Below, piece by piece: positions 15,930 to 21,264 of a DNA stretch of 21,264 nucleotides. Location: assembly GCA_016184305.1 (NCBI GenBank), contig JACPCX010000149.1, positions 1 through 21,264 of the forward strand, read 5' to 3'. The DNA comes from Candidatus Rokuibacteriota bacterium (GTDB taxonomy: Bacteria; Methylomirabilota; Methylomirabilia; Rokubacteriales; CSP1-6). The notes under the pieces are model-generated. The model saw only the letters and a list, made by a program, of their open reading frames with translations, was not told the DNA's origin and did no database searches. A program made the position numbers and the translations under genes. Position 1 is the stretch's first letter; each line of letters begins with the position of its first letter.

Positions 15930-18900
15930 TCAGGCGAGGGCGGCGAGGCTTTCGCGGCAGCGCCCGGCCAGCGGGCGCATCCCCAGCTCCTCGGCGATGC
16001 CGAGCGCCTGCTGGTGGTGCCGGGCGGCGCCGTCGCGGTCGCCGCGCTGGCGCGAGACCTCGCCGAGTATCCACAGCGCCCCGGCCTCTGAGTGCCGCTC
16101 CTGGAGCCGGCGAGCGAAACCGAGGGCCTCGAGGGCGGAGGACTCCGCGAGGTCGAGCTCGCCGGCGTGCAGATGGGCCTCCGCCACGTGGCGGACGTGG
16201 TCGCCGCGCTCCACGAGCGCCGCCGCCTTTTCCTGGAGCTCCACGCACTCCCGGGCCGCGGCGATCGCCTCCTGGTGGCGCGAGGTCAAGGAGTAGGCCG
16301 ACGCGGTTGCCTCCAGGGCCCGCATGAGCTGGCCCGCGAACTTCCGCTCCCGGCAAATGGCGATGGCCCGCTCCAGCACCTCGATGGCCTCCCGGGCTCT
16401 TCCCCCCTCGGTGAGGAGGCGGCCACGGCTGATGAGGAGGGGCACCTCGCTGTAGAGATGCTTGGCGGCCAGGGCGACGCGCTCGCCGCGCTCGACCAGC
16501 GCGAGGGCCCCCTGCGGATCGCCCAGCCACATGAGGCAATGAGCCCCGAGGGCGCATGCCCCGCAGTATGGCAGTCCCGACAGCCCGAAGCGCTCCGTGG
16601 CCCGCGGCCCCTCGAGTGCGGCGATGATCTGCTCGAAGTGCTCGAGGCCGTCGCGGAAACGGCCGAGTGCCAGGTGCGCGCACCCGACGTAGTAGTGTCC
16701 CGTCACCCGGAGGCCCAGGTCGTTGCGGCGCTCGGCGGTCTCGAGGCAGCGCTGGCCGTAGGCGATGGCCTCCCGCTGCTCCCCCTTGGCCCAGTGGTAC
16801 TGGGTGAAGAAGGAGTAGACGACATCGAGCCGGTCCGTCTCGCCGTGCCGCGTGGCCAGCCCCTCGGCCTCCTTGAAGATCTCGAAGAGGCGGTCCAGTT
16901 GCCCCGAGCGCCAGAGGGGCGCGCGGAGGGCGAGTCGCACGTCGATGCCCAGACGTCCCGTCTCCGCGCTGTCGGCGAGCCTGCCGAGGGCCTCGAGGGC
17001 CTGCTCGTAGAACTGCACGGCGCGCGTATCGGTGCAGAGGGCGGCGGCGCGGTCCCCGGCCTGGCGGGCGTAGCGGGCGGCCTTCGTCCACACCTCGCCG
17101 CGGATGAAGTGGTGGGCCAGCTCCTCGACGTGCTCCTCCAGGCGGTCGGCGTGCAGCTCCTCGATGGTGGCGCCGATGCGGGCGTGCAGATCCCGGCGGC
17201 GGGAGTGGAGGATGGACTCGTAGGCCACGTCCTGGGTGAGGACATGCTTGAAGACGTACTCGAGGTCGCCGGCCCCCATCTTCTCGTACACGAACTCCAG
17301 CGCCTTGAGATCGCCGAGCGCGCGCTCCACCCGATCGGTGGCCTCGGCGACGCGGCGCAGGAGGCGGAGGGCGAACTCGTGACCGATGACGGAGGCGATC
17401 TGTACCGTGCGCTTCTGCTGCTCGTCCAGCCTGTCGATGCGGGCGGCGATGATGTCCTGGACACGGTCCGGCACCAGGATGGCGGAGGCGGGCCGCGTCA
17501 GCGTGAGCCGGCCGCCCTCGGTCCGCACGGCCCCGCTCTCGACCAGCGCCCTCCCGATCTCCTCCAGGAAGAACGGGTTGCCCTCGGCCTTGCGGGCGAT
17601 GATCGTCGCCAGGTCGTCGGGGAGGTCCTCGATGCCGAGGGTGGCGCGGACCAGCTGGTGGGCGTCGGCGTCGTGCAGCGGCTCCAGGACCAGCCGGGTG
17701 ATGTAGGTGTGCTCGGAGAAGCGCGGCCGGTACGAGGGGCGCCAGGTCAGCATCAGGAGGATTGCCTCGCCGGCGAGGCCGTTGATCAGCTCCTCGAGGT
17801 AGTCCTCGGAGGCGCTGTCCATCCACTGGAGATCCTCGACCACAAGCACCACCGGTCGCCGCTGGCTCGACCGGCGTGTGAGCTGGCTGATGGCGCGGAA
17901 CATGCGGGCGCGGCGCTGGGTGGCATCCATGGAGGCGATCCCGGCATCACCAGGATCCACCGAGAGGGCGTAACGCAGGTACGGGGCCAGATCGGCGCCC
18001 GGCTCCCCCAGCGCCTTGAGGCCTCGCGTGACCTTCTCGATGATGGCCGACTCCGTGTCGGCCTCGGTGACCGCGAAGCCCTGGCGGAGGCCGTCGGCGA
18101 TGGGGAGGAGCGCCGTGGACTGGCCGAAGGAGAGGCAGCGCCCCTCGAGCCAGGTGGCCTGATCGCCCACGAGATGCCGTAGCTCGAGGAGCAGCCGCGA
18201 CTTCCCCATGCCGGCCTCTCCCACGATGTAGACGACCTGGCCGCGCCCGGCGCGGGCCGTGACCCAGGCGCGCTCCAGGACGCTGACGGCCTCGCGCCGC
18301 CCCAGGAGTGGGTTGCGCGGCCGGAGCTCGGCCACGCCGCGCGGCCCACCCAGCTCCCAGGCGGTGACGGGCTCCGCACGGTTCTTGACCTGCCCCGTGC
18401 CGAGGGAGGTCAGGTGGAAGTACGGCTCGATGAGGCGGCGCGTGGCGTCGGCCACCACGACCTGGCCCGGCTGCGCCATCTGCTGCATCCGGGCGGCGAC
18501 GTTGGTGGTGTCGCCGACGGCCGTGTAGTCCATGCGCAGGTTGTCGCCGATGGCCGCGACGACCACGAGGCCCGTGTTGAGCCCCATGCGCACCCGGAAC
18601 TCGATGCCCCGCCGGGTCTTGAGGTCTTCGCGGTAGGCCGCGAGCCCGCGCTGCATGGCGAGCGCCGCCAGCGCGGCGCGGCGGGCATGATCCTCGTGGG
18701 CCACGGGGGCGCCGAAGAGCGCCATGAGGCCATCGCCGAGGAACTGGTTCACCGTGCCCTCGTAGCGGTGAACGGCGGCCAGCATCAGCTCGAAGGCGCG
18801 GTTCATGAGGGCGTGCACCTCCTCGGGATCGAGGGCTTCCGCGAGGGAGGTGAAGCCGGAGACATCCGCGAAGAAGACCGTGACCTGCTTGCGCTCGCCC

Positions 18901-19196
18901 TGGAGCGTCGCGCGATCCTTGAGAATGCGCTCGGCCAGATGCTGGGGGGTGTAGCCGGCGGGGGCCGCGGCGCGCGGATCGTCCTCCCGCGAGAACCGGG
19001 CGCGGGAAGGCGCAGGGAGGGGCTCGCCGTCCGGCCGCGCGCCGGCGCCCACGCGCGCCCCGCAGTCGGCGCAGAACTTCTTCCCGGGCGAGACGCGCGC
19101 CCCGCAGGCGGGGCAGACGGCGTCGAGACGCGCGCCGCATTCCTCGCAGAACCTGGCGCCGGGGCGGGTCGCGGCTCCGCAGGATGAGCAGGTCAT
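15930..19196 (-). CDS. Double zinc ribbon + class III nucleotide cyclase + STAND (AAA_16-type) NTPase + TPR protein (~1088 aa)
   Basis: CSSC/CEEC/CPAC/CADC zinc ribbons. Cyclase motifs FADVSGFT, FLGDGLMALFG and GDTTNVAARMQ. Walker A GEAGMGKS, Walker B VLVVEDLQWMD, GNPFFLEE and C-terminal helical repeats. Start at 19196 or 19205. Confidence 0.92.
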   Translation of the reverse strand: MTCSSCGAATRPGARFCEECGARLDAVCPACGARVSPGKKFCADCGARVGAGARPDGEPLPAPSRARFSREDDPRAAAPAGYTPQHLAERILKDRATLQGERKQVTVFFADVSGFTSLAEALDPEEVHALMNRAFELMLAAVHRYEGTVNQFLGDGLMALFGAPVAHEDHARRAALAALAMQRGLAAYREDLKTRRGIEFRVRMGLNTGLVVVAAIGDNLRMDYTAVGDTTNVAARMQQMAQPGQVVVADATRRLIEPYFHLTSLGTGQVKNRAEPVTAWELGGPRGVAELRPRNPLLGRREAVSVLERAWVTARAGRGQVVYIVGEAGMGKSRLLLELRHLVGDQATWLEGRCLSFGQSTALLPIADGLRQGFAVTEADTESAIIEKVTRGLKALGEPGADLAPYLRYALSVDPGDAGIASMDATQRRARMFRAISQLTRRSSQRRPVVLVVEDLQWMDSASEDYLEELINGLAGEAILLMLTWRPSYRPRFSEHTYITRLVLEPLHDADAHQLVRATLGIEDLPDDLATIIARKAEGNPFFLEEIGRALVESGAVRTEGGRLTLTRPASAILVPDRVQDIIAARIDRLDEQQKRTVQIASVIGHEFALRLLRRVAEATDRVERALGDLKALEFVYEKMGAGDLEYVFKHVLTQDVAYESILHSRRRDLHARIGATIEELHADRLEEHVEELAHHFIRGEVWTKAARYARQAGDRAAALCTDTRAVQFYEQALEALGRLADSAETGRLGIDVRLALRAPLWRSGQLDRLFEIFKEAEGLATRHGETDRLDVVYSFFTQYHWAKGEQREAIAYGQRCLETAERRNDLGLRVTGHYYVGCAHLALGRFRDGLEHFEQIIAALEGPRATERFGLSGLPYCGACALGAHCLMWLGDPQGALALVERGERVALAAKHLYSEVPLLISRGRLLTEGGRAREAIEVLERAIAICRERKFAGQLMRALEATASAYSLTSRHQEAIAAARECVELQEKAAALVERGDHVRHVAEAHLHAGELDLAESSALEALGFARRLQERHSEAGALWILGEVSRQRGDRDGAARHHQQALGIAEELGMRPLAGRCRESLAALA

Positions 19197-19235
19197 CGGC
19201 CGCATTGTGCCACGGTCTCGCACCCGAGAGAAGGC

Positions 19236-19283
19236 TTGCGACTGCGTGGCGCCCCGGAGTAGGCTACCCGGTGGCGACGCCAC
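19236..19283 (+). promoter_or_regulatory. Possible sigma70 promoter with a downstream palindrome
   Basis: TTGCGA (19236-19241), 18-bp spacer, TAGGCT (19260-19265), then palindrome GTGGCG-A-CGCCAC (19271-19283). Divergent from the cyclase gene. Confidence 0.35.
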
Positions 19284-19335
19284 AGGGGGCGGATCCAAGC
19301 GGTTGGCCCACGGCCAGCATGCGCGACCCTGGTGA

Positions 19336-19647
19336 GACTACTGCTTCACGATCACCGAGATCGTGAATTACGAGGACCTGGGCTTCTTCGAGCCGGGCGC
19401 CGGCTGGCGCGCGGCCGAGAGCGGTGAGACCCGGCTCGGCGGATCGCTGCCGGTGAACACCTCGGGCGGGCTCAAGTCGTGCGGCCATCCCATCGGCTCC
19501 TCCGGGGTCCGGATGATCAACAACATCCACGACCAGCTGATGGGCCGGGCCGGCAAGATGCAGGTGAGGGGCGCCGACTTGGGGCTGGCGCACAATCTCG
19601 GCGGCCCCGGCGCGGTCTCGGCCGTGGCCGTGCTCTCCCAGCCGTAG
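19336..19647 (+). pseudogene. C-terminal fragment of an SCP2-type thiolase
   Basis: CFTITEIVNYEDLGF...PVNTSGGLKSCGHPIGSSG...AHNLGGPG are thiolase C-terminal motifs. The frame is closed upstream by TGA at 19333-19335, and the expected HDCF reads DYCF. Confidence 0.85.
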
Positions 19648-19732
19648 CGGACGTTCGCGCGCGGCTCGATCAGGCCGGAGTGCCGGCACGGGCTCCAGGC
19701 AGGCCCATCTGCGCAACTCCAAGGAGGAAGAG

Positions 19733-20137
19733 ATGGCGGAGCTCACGCGGCGCTACATCGTCATGCCCATGGCCACCGAGGCCCCGTTCGAGCCGTCCGA
19801 CCCGGACGCGGTCTTCGTCCTCAAGCCCTGGAAGGATCCGGCAGCGCTCCAGGCGCTCGAAACCTACCGCGCCCACTGCTACCCCGAGCTGGCGCAGGAC
19901 CTGGATGGCTGGATCAAGACGATCAAGGCGGGCCCGGTGTTTCGCGGCGGGGTCGGTGAGCGAAACGCTCAGTACCTCACCTCCCGGCCGGCGATGCCTC
20001 CGGCTGCGGCCAGGGCCCGCCCCGGAGCTCCGGCCTCGCGCCCAGCCAGGGCCAAGGTGATGGCTCGGCCCAGGCCTCAGGTGAAGCATCAGGCCAAGAA
20101 GGCCAAGCCACTTACACGGAAGAAGAAGCGGCACTAG
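19733..20137 (+). CDS. Hypothetical protein with a small globular N-terminal domain and a Lys/Arg/Ala/Pro-rich basic tail
   Basis: Strong RBS AAGGAGG (19721-19727), host-like codon usage in the N-terminal part, and tail ending KHQAKKAKPLTRKKKRH. Confidence 0.8.
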   Translation: MAELTRRYIVMPMATEAPFEPSDPDAVFVLKPWKDPAALQALETYRAHCYPELAQDLDGWIKTIKAGPVFRGGVGERNAQYLTSRPAMPPAAARARPGAPASRPARAKVMARPRPQVKHQAKKAKPLTRKKKRH

Positions 20138-20150
20138 GCAGACAGCCTCC

Positions 20151-20255
20151 ATGCCCATCAACATTACCTCCTCCAGGGTGCTGCGCCCCAAGGCGGGCGA
20201 GAGCGTGCGCGCCTCCTTCACCCGCCTCGGCTCGGTGTCGTGTCGGTTCGTGTAG
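20151..20255 (+). pseudogene. 34-codon remnant ending in a 2-keto-4-pentenoate hydratase-like (MhpD/HpcG, FAH superfamily) C-terminus
   Basis: My translation: MPINITSSRVLRPKAGESVRASFTRLGSVSCRFV*. The KAGESVRASFTRLGSVSCRF end resembles the family's terminal GDxVxAxFxxLGSVSxxF pattern. Not in the ORF track. Confidence 0.6.
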
Positions 20256-20321
20256 GCGCCCCGATCATCGCTGGCGTCTGCGGCACGGCGGTGGCTATCC
20301 TTAACCCGGAGGAGCAGTCCA

Positions 20322-21264
20322 ATGGTTCAGCGGAGCGCGGCGAGAATCCGCCCGGCGTCGGCCAGGGTGCCGTACTGGATGCGGGCGAGCCGCGGCCGGA
20401 GTCCCTCCCGGCTCGACATCGTCAGCGAGGAGGACGCGAGCCCGGCCGTCCGCGAGTGCTTCGAGGAGATCACCGCCACCCTCGGCTTCCCGGTCGTCAA
20501 CGTCATCTTTCGCGCCTTCGCCAGGTACCCGCGCTTCCTCGCCCTGTCCTGGGACCTGCTCAAGCCCAACGTGCTCACCCAGGACCTCTTCGACAAGACC
20601 CAGGTCCTCCGCCGCCGGGCCCAGCTCGTCGTGCGCGAGAACCTGGGTGTCGGCGACCACCGGGCGGTGCTCCGGATGCGCGGATCGTCCGACGACGCCC
20701 TCGCCCGGATCCGCACCGTCCTCGACTTCTTCCTCTACGGCGACCCGTTCCTCCTGCTCATCGCCTCGGCGCTGCAGTCCTCGCTTTCCGGGCACGCGCT
20801 GCCCGGCAAGCCCTGGGCGCACCTCCTGCCGATGCACACCAATCCCACGCGCTTTCAGGAGCTCAAGCTCGTGGAGATGGAGGAGGCGCCCCCCGCGGTC
20901 CAGGCGATCTACAGCGAGATCACGCAGGCCCACGGGGCGAGCTTCGTCCCCACGGATTACCGGGCGCTGGGGCGGTGGCCCGGCTGCCTGACTGTCGTGT
21001 GGGAGGACTGGAAGCAGCGGATCCAGACGCCGGCCTACGAGGCCGGGGTGCGCCAGCTCAACGAGCTGGCCCTGGCGCTGGCCCAGGACCTGCCCTTCGG
21101 CTTCGCCCTGTCCCCCCAGACGCTGGCGCGGGCCGGCTTTACTCCCCTGCAGGTTTCCGATATCCTGGCCACCGTCGATTTCTTTCAGGGACTCCTGCCG
21201 GCCCTCATCGTGAACATCACCGCGTTCAGGATCGGCCTCGAAGGCGGCTGCCGGCCGGCTCCGA
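20322..21264 (+). CDS. DehI-family (group I alpha-haloacid dehalogenase-like) protein, 3'-partial
   Basis: RBS GGAGGAG (20308-20314), ATG 20322, open to the window end. Two internal repeats (VSEEDASPAVRECFEEITATLGFPVVNVIFRAFARYPRFL and VEMEEAPPAVQAIYSEITQAHGASFVPTDYRALGRWPGCL) fit the DehI duplicated fold. Missed by the ORF track because there is no stop in the window. Confidence 0.8.
   Translation, partial: MVQRSAARIRPASARVPYWMRASRGRSPSRLDIVSEEDASPAVRECFEEITATLGFPVVNVIFRAFARYPRFLALSWDLLKPNVLTQDLFDKTQVLRRRAQLVVRENLGVGDHRAVLRMRGSSDDALARIRTVLDFFLYGDPFLLLIASALQSSLSGHALPGKPWAHLLPMHTNPTRFQELKLVEMEEAPPAVQAIYSEITQAHGASFVPTDYRALGRWPGCLTVVWEDWKQRIQTPAYEAGVRQLNELALALAQDLPFGFALSPQTLARAGFTPLQVSDILATVDFFQGLLPALIVNITAFRIGLEGGCRPAP

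Noticed and set aside
14914..17826. 970-aa ORF as a single gene
   Set aside because: Only the last 333 aa are the Zn-ADH. The rest is an off-frame shadow of the cyclase gene.
581..18182. Many long antisense or alternative-frame ORFs (e.g. 581-2368 -, 3746-5746 -, 7312-9642 -, 16092-18182 +)
   Set aside because: They overlap well-supported genes, have no recognisable motifs and are expected from stop-codon scarcity in very GC-rich DNA.
19266..19340. Possible ncRNA or riboswitch (SRP, tmRNA, c-di-GMP) after the promoter-like site
   Set aside because: The diagnostic conserved motifs are not visible. Only a short palindrome is supported; an Rfam scan would settle it.

Overview
Very GC-rich bacterial genomic window, mostly catabolic genes. 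The gene families present (zinc-ribbon/cyclase/STAND/TPR protein, DehI-like protein, many flavoenzymes) resemble those of soil or groundwater Methylomirabilota (Rokubacteriales) MAGs; this is inference only. From left to right: (1) the 3' end of a phenylglyoxylate-dehydrogenase-like operon (padH/padI-like) with a coupled GntR/HutC regulator, a ~125-bp palindromic MITE-like element, an alpha/beta hydrolase and an atypical OYE-family flavoenzyme; (2) a separately promoted operon with an SDR, an XRE-cupin regulator, a PotD-type ABC transporter and an opine-dehydrogenase/HcnABC-like module with three FAD beta-subunit paralogues; (3) a secreted Met/Gly-rich protein; (4) on the minus strand, a Zn-ADH and an NLR-like class III cyclase-STAND-TPR protein; (5) a thiolase remnant, a hypothetical protein with a basic tail, a hydratase remnant and a 3'-partial DehI-family gene missed by the ORF track. 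The most striking structural signal is five apparent deletion junctions (~9585, ~11580, ~13995, ~19340, ~20170), each joining the start of a locus to a distant gene end. These are either local misassemblies or real genome erosion. I found no rRNA, tRNA, CRISPR array, transposase or integrase.
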